Below are positions 8,643 to 16,098 of a DNA stretch of 39,990 nt, piece by piece (the stretch's first letter is position 1; every line of letters begins with the position of its first letter). The stretch comes from a virus, in the IMG/VR virus record IMGVR_UViG_3300045988_107676, positions 1 to 39,990 of that record, one strand, 5' to 3'. The translations under genes and the position numbers were made by a program. Under the pieces are notes generated by a model. It had not been told where the DNA came from, did no database searches, and saw only the letters and a list, made by a program, of their open reading frames with translations.

Positions 8643-9979
8643 ACCTGATACCCTCCTTGTTCTTCGGGCTGCCGCAGCTCCGGCGGCAGCTTGTACTTTG
8701 TAACCGGCGGCTGTCCCGCATACGGTCTCCCGCTGCAAAAATACCTGATTGCATCAGGTGCATGGGTCAGCTCGTGCGGCTCTGTCGCTACATCGTTAGG
8801 CTTGTGGTCATCGTACTGGACCATCGGCAAGCACCTGATGACATTGCGGCATTGACGGAAAAACCGCAGCCCTGCGATCCTCGTCTTGTCGCCGGTTATG
8901 ATATCTCTGCTGTCCCTCGGCTTGAGCCACTCGTGTACATCCTGCCAGCCGTTGATACGGTCGTTGTCCACTTTAACCAGCGGAATGTCCTGCTCCATAA
9001 ATATATCTGCCACGCTGCGGCCTGTGTCGTTACGCCTGTTCCACAGGTCGGGCGGTGCAAGCCATTGCTCGATCTTATCGTCTCCGTTGGCCTCCTTGAT
9101 ACGCATGGCGGCATCGGAGGCAATCAGCCCTGACTCGTATATCTCTCGGTACACATAGCCGTTGCCATCTCCGTCAATGGCGATCCAGTATCCGGCCAGC
9201 ATATCAAGGCCGTAGTCCATGGCAAAGTAGCGTCTCCACCAGTCTGGTATCTCTATGGGGTCTATCACATGGATATCGTCACGCCACTCTGCAAAATACT
9301 GACCTGCAAACACATTCCAATCGCCATCCAGCCATGCCCGGCGCATATCCTCCGGTAGGGTCTCCAGCATCCGTACATAGTCTGGGTCCTTATCCACCAA
9401 AACCTTGTTGTCGTACACCTTGGCCGGGATAAACTCGTAGTCTTCTGGGTTTTCCGCCGCCGTATAGTCCCGGTCGATAAACAGGCGCTTGACCCACGCA
9501 TGGCCGACTCCGCCGGGGTTGCAAGTCAGATACATCCGGTGGGGGAAGTCGTTGGCTCCACGGTTACTGGCCACCAAGTTGTTGTACATAAACTCGGTAA
9601 ACTGTGTTGCCTCATCGAGGAACATGATGTCGTACTCTTGTCCCTGGTACTGCAGCACATCGGCCTCGGCGGCGCAGTATCCAAACCAGATGCGACTGCC
9701 GTTTGGAAATATCATCGCTTTTTCCGAGTCCCGATAGGTTGCTATATCGGGTTCTAAAACTTTGCGCAGCTCCAGCACATGGTTTCGCCACAAATCTCCG
9801 TACGTCCGGCGCAGGATCAGTATCTTGATGCCGCTATAATTAACGGCAAGCATGGTGGCCTTTGCCCGCACCACCCAGCTCTTACCGCCGCCTCTGGCGC
9901 CGCCGTAACACACCCTGCGCTTTTCCGACAGCAAAAACTGCTCCTGCTTGGGATTCGGTGTGCCTAAATTGACCGTCAT
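8636..9979 (-). CDS. terL: Terminase large subunit
   Basis: Walker A-like motif GGARGGGKSW near the N-terminus, and 447 aa in length. Its start overlaps the terS stop as ATGA, and it is followed by the portal gene. Confidence 0.9.
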   Translation of the reverse strand: MTVNLGTPNPKQEQFLLSEKRRVCYGGARGGGKSWVVRAKATMLAVNYSGIKILILRRTYGDLWRNHVLELRKVLEPDIATYRDSEKAMIFPNGSRIWFGYCAAEADVLQYQGQEYDIMFLDEATQFTEFMYNNLVASNRGANDFPHRMYLTCNPGGVGHAWVKRLFIDRDYTAAENPEDYEFIPAKVYDNKVLVDKDPDYVRMLETLPEDMRRAWLDGDWNVFAGQYFAEWRDDIHVIDPIEIPDWWRRYFAMDYGLDMLAGYWIAIDGDGNGYVYREIYESGLIASDAAMRIKEANGDDKIEQWLAPPDLWNRRNDTGRSVADIFMEQDIPLVKVDNDRINGWQDVHEWLKPRDSRDIITGDKTRIAGLRFFRQCRNVIRCLPMVQYDDHKPNDVATEPHELTHAPDAIRYFCSGRPYAGQPPVTKYKLPPELRQPEEQGGYQVW

Positions 9980-10299
9980 TTGGCATACTCCTTGCCATCG
10001 CCCAGCACGATCTCGATTTTGGGTATCTCGCCACCCAGATCAATCGGCTGATTGGCCTTGCCGTATACTCTGTCTAATACGGTTTCAGCGCACTTTACCC
10101 TCGTTTCGGTTTTCTCGTTTGTGTTGTTTAGGGTATCCACCAGCAGCTTGACCGCCGCAGGAGTCGCCGCTTTCAGCATCGCTTTGGCGTCTTCTGGGAT
10201 TTTCGGTCTGCCGTTTGGGTTCCTGCACTCGCCTTTTTTGGCCGGCTTCAGGTTCTCCCACCCTTTGTTGTACCCTTTTTTACTTTTGGTATCTGCCAT
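9976..10299 (-). CDS. terS: Terminase small subunit (NPNGRPK-type)
   Basis: The basic N-terminus carries the motif CRNPNGRPK, which is typical of small terminase / DUF5681-like proteins. I prefer the ATG at 10299 (MADTKSKKG), which has GGGAGG 8 nt upstream. Confidence 0.7.
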   Translation of the reverse strand: MADTKSKKGYNKGWENLKPAKKGECRNPNGRPKIPEDAKAMLKAATPAAVKLLVDTLNNTNEKTETRVKCAETVLDRVYGKANQPIDLGGEIPKIEIVLGDGKEYAK

Positions 10300-10371
10300 C
10301 TTCGGCACCTCCCTTCGTTTTCTTCCCGCCCTATCCCTCCCGGTGTCTACTATGCCGGGCTACCATATATG

Positions 10372-11160
10372 TCACCACACCACCGTGATACGCTTGTCGC
10401 CGTGCTTATTGCACCCTAACAGCAATGTCTGTGGCTGCTCTGCATCGCTCTCGCTGCTGGGGAGTAGCATCTTGCGTGCTGCGTAACCGCCGTAATGCTG
10501 CCATGCTGTGCAGCTTACTACGACCAATTGCTTTGTAGTCACCTTATTGTTTTTGCTGTCTACCACGATCTTTTTGGGCTTGGATACCGTCCCTTTGTGG
10601 GTATGCCCTACTATCAATGCGTCAATGCCCTCGATGGTGTTTGCAAAGCGCTCGTTGCGATTGACTGTTGCACCTGTGTAGATCCCGCCGCCGGAGCCGT
10701 GTGTAACCGCCATCGTGTAGGTCACCAGCGATGTATCCCTGTTGGTGCGTGTCCCAAGCTGTAGCTTGACAAATGCCACATCCTCTGCATATCTGTCCTC
10801 CAGATCCAGCTTGCACATGATGTCGCCCATAATGTCTTGGTCGGTGTCCTTGGCCGTCCTTGCCTCGTGATTGCCAGATACAGCACACAAAATCTTGTTT
10901 TTGATTGGTGTCAGCATCTCCACCATCAGCTTTTTTTGCTCCCTCGGCCGCAGATAGTCCTCAAACGGGCTGCCTGCGGCATGGCGGGTATTGTTGTTGA
11001 TTAAATCCCCGCCGAGGATCACATAGGCGTCCTCCGCCTCCACCCGGCGGCAGAAGTTTTCCCATCCTGCTTTGTCGTGCAGGATGCTCCCAAGATGCAC
11101 ATCCGATACGGGATATATCTTTGCGGCCTTCCCCGGCAGCCTGTGGCATATCAACTCCAA
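10372..11160 (-). CDS. Calcineurin-like metallophosphoesterase
   Basis: Canonical motifs occur in order: DVHLG, GGDL, GNHE, GHTH. It has a TTG start with AAGGAGG 8 nt upstream. Confidence 0.85.
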   Translation of the reverse strand: MELICHRLPGKAAKIYPVSDVHLGSILHDKAGWENFCRRVEAEDAYVILGGDLINNNTRHAAGSPFEDYLRPREQKKLMVEMLTPIKNKILCAVSGNHEARTAKDTDQDIMGDIMCKLDLEDRYAEDVAFVKLQLGTRTNRDTSLVTYTMAVTHGSGGGIYTGATVNRNERFANTIEGIDALIVGHTHKGTVSKPKKIVVDSKNNKVTTKQLVVVSCTAWQHYGGYAARKMLLPSSESDAEQPQTLLLGCNKHGDKRITVVW

Positions 11161-11243
11161 TGGTTTTACCTCCTTTTGTGCAATATGCTAAATTTTCCTT
11201 TTGAACTTTGTGCATTATAAATTGAAATCAACGCCGTTTTGTG

Positions 11244-11272
11244 TTGACAAATGTATATACACGTGATATAAT
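11244..11272 (+). promoter_or_regulatory. Consensus sigma-70-type promoter with extended -10
   Basis: TTGACA (11244..11249), an exact 17-nt spacer, then TATAAT (11267..11272) preceded by TGa. It lies about 40 nt upstream of the ATG at 11312. Confidence 0.8.
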
Positions 11273-11311
11273 AAAGACAGTAAAGGAAGCCAATCACAAG
11301 GAGGAACAAAC

Positions 11312-11578
11312 ATGGAGATTAAGCTTAAATCTTGGTTCTACGACAAGACCGAGGATACCGCCAAGGCGTACAATGTGTTCATCGACTACACCCGCAGAAA
11401 TCCCGACCTCGGGACCAGATACGAAGAGGACGGCTGTGTTTTCGTAAACGTTGAGGAAGTTCTCGGCGAGAGCGAAAAAGCGATGAAGGTTCGCCTTTCT
11501 TCCGGCGCTATCGACGGCTCCGTAAAGGGATGGACCACTTGGATCCCCAAAAGTGTATTTACAATCGTTGAAGATTAA
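11312..11578 (+). CDS. Hypothetical protein, first gene of the opposite-strand cassette
   Basis: 88-aa ORF with AAGGAGG 7 nt upstream. The C-terminal pattern is SEKAMKVRL...GWTTWIPKS. No family was recognised. Confidence 0.7.
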   Translation: MEIKLKSWFYDKTEDTAKAYNVFIDYTRRNPDLGTRYEEDGCVFVNVEEVLGESEKAMKVRLSSGAIDGSVKGWTTWIPKSVFTIVED

Positions 11579-11590
11579 GGAGGCATAACA

Positions 11591-12031
11591 ATGAACAAAA
11601 CAGAAATCATTCATGTAAGAGTTTCAGAGGGAACGAAAAACGCGCTTTCTGCACTCGCTGAAAAGGAGGGTTGTACGATGTCGGCAGTTATCGAATCTCT
11701 GATTGAGCAGGCAGCAGAAAAAAGCAGGAATGTCCGTTCAGAGGCTTGCGAGAGAATCCGGAAGAGCTGCCTTGCGAGAATTGAAGAGATCGAAGAAAAC
11801 GCGGTCCCTGCGAAAGATTGGGACGAAGCATATGGCATGTATAGGTCGAAGGATCTTTACCAAAGTCGATTAAAGCTCTGCGACATCTTCGACAATCTCA
11901 CAGACAACGAAGTCAAGCGCTTATCCGAGATTCCGGCATATGAAACCAACTGCGTTTCCGTAAAAGATATCAAGCAAAAATATGGGCTGTCATGGTCAGA
12001 CATCGACTTTTTGAGGAAACTATCTTGGTAG
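11591..12031 (+). CDS. Ribbon-helix-helix (CopG/Arc-like) N-terminal domain protein with an unknown 100-aa C-terminal domain
   Basis: IIHVRVSEGTKNALSALAEKEGCTMSAVIESLIEQAA fits a beta-strand/helix/helix RHH pattern. TAAGGAGG lies upstream. Confidence 0.65.
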   Translation: MNKTEIIHVRVSEGTKNALSALAEKEGCTMSAVIESLIEQAAEKSRNVRSEACERIRKSCLARIEEIEENAVPAKDWDEAYGMYRSKDLYQSRLKLCDIFDNLTDNEVKRLSEIPAYETNCVSVKDIKQKYGLSWSDIDFLRKLSW

Positions 12032-12040
12032 CCACGCAAC

Positions 12041-12076
12041 AAAAAAGAGCAGGCAGAAATGCTTGCTCTTTTTTGT
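12041..12076. terminator. Bidirectional rho-independent terminator
   Basis: AAAAAAGAGCAGGC-agaaat-GCTTGCTCTTTTTT: a 9-bp stem with one G-U pair, flanked by an A-run and a T-run. Confidence 0.75.
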
Positions 12077-12218
12077 GTCCCCATGTAAAATGCCGAAGCC
12101 AAAACTGCGGGGAAAGTTTTTGTCAAGGAGGTTTTTGAAAAATAGAGAATGTGTGTTTGACCACACTATTATTATACACTATGTTAGCCGTAATTTTTTC
12201 CCGAATTTGTCCCAAGAT

Positions 12219-12659
12219 TTACAGCTCGGTCACACCGTATCGGCAAATGGTGTATCTCTTGATGGCCTCGTCCATCCTGCGGTACAGTTCCGACCTGCTG
12301 ATGTGCAGCTCGTCACACAGTCTGTCGACGGCATTGTATTCCCGCCGCATGACGGCCACCTCAAGTATCCTGCGCTGCTGGTCGGTCAAGATCGACAGCC
12401 CACGATCCATCTGCCGCACTTGCCACTTAACCAGCTCATGGTTGACGGTTAGGTTGTCCCGATTGCACATGGCGTTTATAATGCGTTCCTCGGCAGTTGA
12501 GCTGCCGCCCTGTACAGGTGTTGCGTCCATTTTGGGTGACCTGATGCCCTCCATTCTGGCGGTCAGCATATCGATCTCGTCCTGCAGGCTGTCGATGGCC
12601 ATGAGCTTTTCGTAATACCTGCCAAGCTCCCACTTGCAAGCCTTTTTGTAGTCTGTCAT
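12219..12659 (-). CDS. ArpU/RinA-like late-gene transcription activator (sigma-70 region-4-like HTH)
   Basis: The C-terminal sequence LTDQQRRILEVAVMRREYNAVDRLCDELHISRSELYRRMDEAIKRY looks like sigma region 4. It is the last gene of the early block, before the packaging genes. Confidence 0.55.
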   Translation of the reverse strand: MTDYKKACKWELGRYYEKLMAIDSLQDEIDMLTARMEGIRSPKMDATPVQGGSSTAEERIINAMCNRDNLTVNHELVKWQVRQMDRGLSILTDQQRRILEVAVMRREYNAVDRLCDELHISRSELYRRMDEAIKRYTICRYGVTEL

Positions 12660-12913
12660 TCATCTCCCTCCTCCATCGCCCGTTTGATGGCGTCTGCGTT
12701 TTGCTCCATAATTTCCAATGTAATATCGCTTTGTATGGCGCTCGCAAACATCGCTTTGTCTTGGGTGTCCGAGTTCCAGTAGCCCGTCATTGTGTATCCG
12801 TCTGGCTTTTTTATGGCAATACAGATCGCCTCAACATTATTCTCGGTCAGTGTCCTTATAGCATCTTCGAGCCATGGTGCATACGGCAGCTTTGTAATGT
12901 CTTCGCTTTTCAT
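12656..12913 (-). CDS. Hypothetical protein
   Basis: 85-aa ORF with a GGAGG RBS. Its start overlaps the upstream stop as ATGA. Confidence 0.6.
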   Translation of the reverse strand: MKSEDITKLPYAPWLEDAIRTLTENNVEAICIAIKKPDGYTMTGYWNSDTQDKAMFASAIQSDITLEIMEQNADAIKRAMEEGDE

Positions 12914-13197
12914 TCCACTTTGTCCTCCTTCCTAATTCCTGATTTACAAAACCATTCCTCCGAAACATCGATGCAGTTTTTCTTACAATATTCCCATCTA
13001 TCCACCACGTTATCGCCGGAGTCGAAATATTTGCAGTCTTTGCATCTGACCACCGGCACCGCATCAACAGCTTCCTCCGCCAGCATCTTCATCCACTCAC
13101 AGTCGGCAGGCTCACAGTCCATTCCCGGATACATTCTGTCGCAGATACTACAGATAATATCCACTGCAGTTTCATTTTTGATGTATGGCTTAATCAT
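12910..13197 (-). CDS. Small Cys-rich protein (VVRCKDCKY module), paralog set member d
   Basis: I prefer the ATG at 13197 (MIKPYIKNE...), which has AAGGAGG upstream. It contains CSIC, CEPADC, VVRCKDCKYF and FCKSG. Confidence 0.6.
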   Translation of the reverse strand: MIKPYIKNETAVDIICSICDRMYPGMDCEPADCEWMKMLAEEAVDAVPVVRCKDCKYFDSGDNVVDRWEYCKKNCIDVSEEWFCKSGIRKEDKVE

Positions 13198-13501
13198 AGA
13201 CAGCCTCCTTTTCGTCCATAGTCGCTCCGCAATGGGGGCAAAAATTGGAACGCACTTTGTTCTTTCGGTTGCACACGGAGTAATCCTCTCGCCATACATT
13301 CTTGTGGCAAACAGAACAATACACCCCCGCATTGGCGCAATCGGTCAACGATACCCAATGTCCATGTTCAATAGGCTTCATAACAACGAGCTGCACATTG
13401 GAGATGGGCATTTCATTTATAGCTTTTATCAAATCGCGATCCCGGCAGTCGTACAGTGCAAGCACATCCTTGACATGCTCTTTAAGGACATATTCGCCCA
13501 T
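13190..13501 (-). CDS. Small Cys-rich protein (zinc-ribbon C-terminus FCPHCGATMD), paralog set member c
   Basis: I prefer the start at 13501 (MGEYVLKEHVKDVLALYDCRDRDL...). The N-terminal module is shared with the next gene upstream. Confidence 0.6.
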   Translation of the reverse strand: MGEYVLKEHVKDVLALYDCRDRDLIKAINEMPISNVQLVVMKPIEHGHWVSLTDCANAGVYCSVCHKNVWREDYSVCNRKNKVRSNFCPHCGATMDEKEAVYD

Positions 13502-13757
13502 TTTCTTCACCCCTATCCATTTTTTCTCCATAGCTGCAAAAGTCTTCCAGCGTAATTTCCATATCGCTAACATTACAAATCAAAAATCCATTAGAATTAA
13601 CAGTTGCATTTGCAAGATACTTGCAGTCCTTACACCGCACTACCTGCATGACATCCGCATCAGCAGGGATACAATCGACTATCTCCAGCAAATCCTTGTC
13701 GCATCCGTACCTCTCAAGCAGTTCTTTTAGCAGCGCTTTGTCTATGTATTCAGCCAC
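13482..13757 (-). CDS. Small Cys-rich protein (VVRCKDCKY...FCSYGEKMD), paralog set member b
   Basis: The probable GTG start at 13757 gives (M)AEYIDKALLKELLERYGCDKDLL, which parallels member c. The start is uncertain. Confidence 0.5.
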   Translation of the reverse strand: MAEYIDKALLKELLERYGCDKDLLEIVDCIPADADVMQVVRCKDCKYLANATVNSNGFLICNVSDMEITLEDFCSYGEKMDRGEENGRICP

Positions 13758-13917
13758 TTTCTGTACCCCCATCCATCTTTGCACCGCAGTTTGGGCAATA
13801 GTCCGTGATCCTTCTTGCATTTGTACCTTGACCACGTCGGTATCTGGCGAACGGCATCCACATCCCACAGCTCGTACACTGCGGAGTATCTGCTTCGTAT
13901 ACTCTCCATTCTGCCAT
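13750..13917 (-). CDS. Small zinc-ribbon protein (CTSC...YCPNCGAKMDGG), paralog set member a
   Basis: The ATG at 13917 (MAEWRVYEADTPQC...) has GGAGGG upstream. Confidence 0.55.
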   Translation of the reverse strand: MAEWRVYEADTPQCTSCGMWMPFARYRRGQGTNARRITDYCPNCGAKMDGGTESG

Positions 13918-13919
13918 TG

Positions 13920-14300
13920 TCAGCCCTCCGGTTTCCACATACCATCTCTGGCGCCCTTTCCGCTGGAAACCATATCGCGCAGGTACTTAATGTCTTGTTC
14001 ATTAAGCCCTAATATATCCGGCTCCCCATCGCTGTTGATGCCTTCCTTTAAGAAAACAATATCGCCTAAAATTACATTTCCGTGGTAGTCCACTCCGTAC
14101 AAGAAACTGCCGAAGCTGTTGATCGGGAGACCAAGAATCATTCCTTCATCATTTACAACCATGCAGTAAGGGCGCTTCAAGCGCACAGGGCGGACAATCT
14201 CAATCCACCCTCCAACAGCATCGCCAATGCTCCGGTGTGCAGGCTCTGAAAACTCCTGCACCCGCATCTCGCCATTTGTTGTGATTACTATTCCTTTCAT
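13920..14300 (-). CDS. DUF3846-like protein
   Basis: 126 aa. MKGIVITTNGEMRVQEF...MVVNDEGMILGLPIN...GDIVF resembles my memory of the DUF3846 pattern. It has a GGAGG RBS. Confidence 0.45.
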   Translation of the reverse strand: MKGIVITTNGEMRVQEFSEPAHRSIGDAVGGWIEIVRPVRLKRPYCMVVNDEGMILGLPINSFGSFLYGVDYHGNVILGDIVFLKEGINSDGEPDILGLNEQDIKYLRDMVSSGKGARDGMWKPEG

Positions 14301-14437
14301 TACTCTACCTCCTGCATCCAGAACTCGCGACTACAACCACCACACACACGATTCGTGCAATTCACGTATCTGCTCCGGTAATCAGCAGAAACGTGTTTTG
14401 GGCATATCTCCAAGCACCCGAATTTGTCAATTTCCGC

Positions 14438-14653
14438 CTACGGCCACTGCTCCAGAAACACACTCTGCCGTGTCTTTTTTGGATGCTCCTTCGCCCACTT
14501 TTCCACGATATTCACAGCGTTCTCTGCGTCAATATCATGCATATGGTCAATGCGGCAATCATCAAATCCATCGGCATTAGCCGGGCAGGCTTCACACTCC
14601 TCATAGCTTTCACACATTCTCTTTGCTTCCTTTATAAATTCCAGTGCATCCAT
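14438..14653 (-). CDS. Hypothetical small acidic Cys-containing protein
   Basis: 71-aa ORF with an AAGGAGGG RBS. Confidence 0.6.
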   Translation of the reverse strand: MDALEFIKEAKRMCESYEECEACPANADGFDDCRIDHMHDIDAENAVNIVEKWAKEHPKKTRQSVFLEQWP

Positions 14654-14797
14654 GTTATCCCTCCTTTACCGACAGATTGTCGTTTTTAGCCACGCCTTTA
14701 CCACAGGAAAAATGCGGTTGGACGACCCCGGAGATGTTCCCTTTGGAACACTCTCCATAACAGTCGGAAAACATAAGATACCGGCATTCCCGACATT

Positions 14798-15022
14798 CTA
14801 TTTTGTTTGCACCCATTCAGCACCTCCAAAATTCTCAAGATAATAATTCTTTCCGTCCTGCCAGCCTTTGTAGTAGGCGGCTTGTTCTCGCTCCGCAGCT
14901 TCTTCGGCGGTCACCGCCGCCTGTGCCATCGCCTGTTGTGCCAATATGTACTGCCACCCCATGTACCACAGCACAAGCCCTGCAAACACAACGATCAAAA
15001 TTACCGCAAGCCAATGCTTCAA
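14798..15022 (-). CDS. Small membrane protein
   Basis: 74 aa with one N-terminal TM segment (WLAVILIVVFAGLVLWYMGW). Its TTG start overlaps the upstream stop. Confidence 0.5.
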   Translation of the reverse strand: MKHWLAVILIVVFAGLVLWYMGWQYILAQQAMAQAAVTAEEAAEREQAAYYKGWQDGKNYYLENFGGAEWVQTK

Positions 15023-15621
15023 TATCCTTCCCCCCTAAAGCCGAAAAATTTTGTCACTTTGGGGATCGTGTCGAGCAGCTTGCCGTCCACGGTCACCAGC
15101 GCAGCGTAGCCACGGCCAAGCCAGCCCTTGCGCCATATCTCTCTGGCCTCGTAGTAGTCGACATTCTCCATGCGGTCGTTTGTCTTCCCGCAGATGCGGA
15201 TCTCGATGTCGATTTTCCCCGGCTTCCGCTTGATGCGGTTCTCAACCTTGTTGTACTTTCCCTCGGACACGGCCTTTTGGTAGCAGACCTTGGAGCAAAA
15301 CTTCGCCGCTTCATGGCCGTAAAACTTCTTCCCGCAGTATCCGCAGGTCACCTCTACCATGTTCCTTTGTGCGCTTTTCCTTGCGTACTCCGACTTCATC
15401 TTTCGCCCGCACTCTTTGCAGTACATTGCCTTCGGGTTTGCCGTTCCTACAGGCTTACCGCACATCTTGCACGGCCTGTTCTTGTCACGCTCTACTCCGC
15501 ACTTGACGATAGTCGACCGGACGGAGCTTTGCTTGATGCCCAATATTTCTGCGATTTCCTTGTTCGACTTGTTTTCCCGCACCAGTCTTTCAACCAGCGC
15601 AATCCTCTCCGCTGACGGCAT
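15019..15621 (-). CDS. HTH (LuxR / sigma region-4-like) plus multiple zinc-ribbon protein; putative transcription regulator
   Basis: The N-terminus carries ENKSNKEIAEILGIKQSSVRS, followed by CKMC...CKEC and CGYC...CSKVC pairs. I prefer the ATG at 15621, which has a GGAGGTGGAGAGG RBS. Confidence 0.45.
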   Translation of the reverse strand: MPSAERIALVERLVRENKSNKEIAEILGIKQSSVRSTIVKCGVERDKNRPCKMCGKPVGTANPKAMYCKECGRKMKSEYARKSAQRNMVEVTCGYCGKKFYGHEAAKFCSKVCYQKAVSEGKYNKVENRIKRKPGKIDIEIRICGKTNDRMENVDYYEAREIWRKGWLGRGYAALVTVDGKLLDTIPKVTKFFGFRGEGY

Positions 15622-15742
15622 CCTCTCCACCTCCTGGCGCTTTTCTGATTCTCTCCACGGCAGCGTTCCACCGCCGGGTGAATTCCTCCCTCTCCTGTTG
15701 GGTCATGTGGTCTTTCTCTTTTTTGGCATCTTCTGCTATCAT
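15590..15742 (-). CDS. Small ORF (50 aa, below the ORF-track cutoff)
   Basis: MIAEDAKKEKDHMTQQEREEFTRRWNAAVERIRKAPGG... Its ATG overlaps the rusA stop as ATGA, and GAGGAGG lies upstream. Confidence 0.35.
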   Translation of the reverse strand: MIAEDAKKEKDHMTQQEREEFTRRWNAAVERIRKAPGGGEDAVSGEDCAG

Positions 15743-16098
15743 CCCAATACCTCCTCGATTGTTATTTCCGTCCTCGGATTTTGTCTGTCATACTCTCCCC
15801 GAAGCCTTAATTCCACATGGTCAAAGCTGTCATCTGCTATAACGCCTCGGTCGGTCAGGCCATCCATCAGCATCTTGCCGTTGTAGTTGTCGGGATCGTG
15901 CCGATGGCGTGTTGGAAAGTAGTAGGTGATGGTCACTATGGCCTTGTCAATCGGCTTTTGTTTTTTGCAGTACGCTCGCATCAGGCCAATCCATCTATGT
16001 TTTTCAGCACGGTACTCCCAGCCATTCATCCGTCCTGCATACTTGTTCAGCGATGGCGGAATTTCGGGGATTGTGATTTTCACTTTTCCACCCCGCAA
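15739..16098 (-). CDS. rusA: RusA-family Holliday junction resolvase
   Basis: The sequence shows PPSLN...RHRHDPDNYNGKMLMDGLTDRGVIADDS, a RusA-like acidic catalytic pattern. The true start may be the GTG at 16083, which overlaps the methylase stop as GTGA. Confidence 0.75.
   Translation of the reverse strand: MRGGKVKITIPEIPPSLNKYAGRMNGWEYRAEKHRWIGLMRAYCKKQKPIDKAIVTITYYFPTRHRHDPDNYNGKMLMDGLTDRGVIADDSFDHVELRLRGEYDRQNPRTEITIEEVLG

Noticed and set aside
11312-12031. Calling the opposite-strand gene pair a toxin-antitoxin system.
   Set aside because: An RHH domain alone is not diagnostic. The gene order and sizes are atypical: the RHH protein is second and 146 aa long. Neither protein shows a toxin motif I recognise. 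I reported it only as an uncharacterised moron.
12157-12185. A plus-strand promoter-like element TTGACC-17-TATGTT, which would read antisense into the late-activator gene. There is also a minus-strand TATAAT at 12176..12171.
   Set aside because: The region is an AT-rich intergenic stretch where such hexamers arise easily. There is no downstream ORF or structured RNA that I can support. It is kept only as a low-priority idea for antisense control of the activator.
14301-14797. Mini-ORFs in two gaps. One is about 37 codons with a TTG start at roughly 14303..14416 (EICPKHVSADYRSRYVNCTNRVCGGCSREFWMQEVE). The other is 39 codons at 14655..14774 (MFSDCYGECSKGNISGVVQPHFSCGKGV...).
   Set aside because: Both end tightly against the next start codon and are Cys-rich like their neighbours, so they may be real. 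Neither has a convincing RBS or an ATG with good context, so I did not list them as features.
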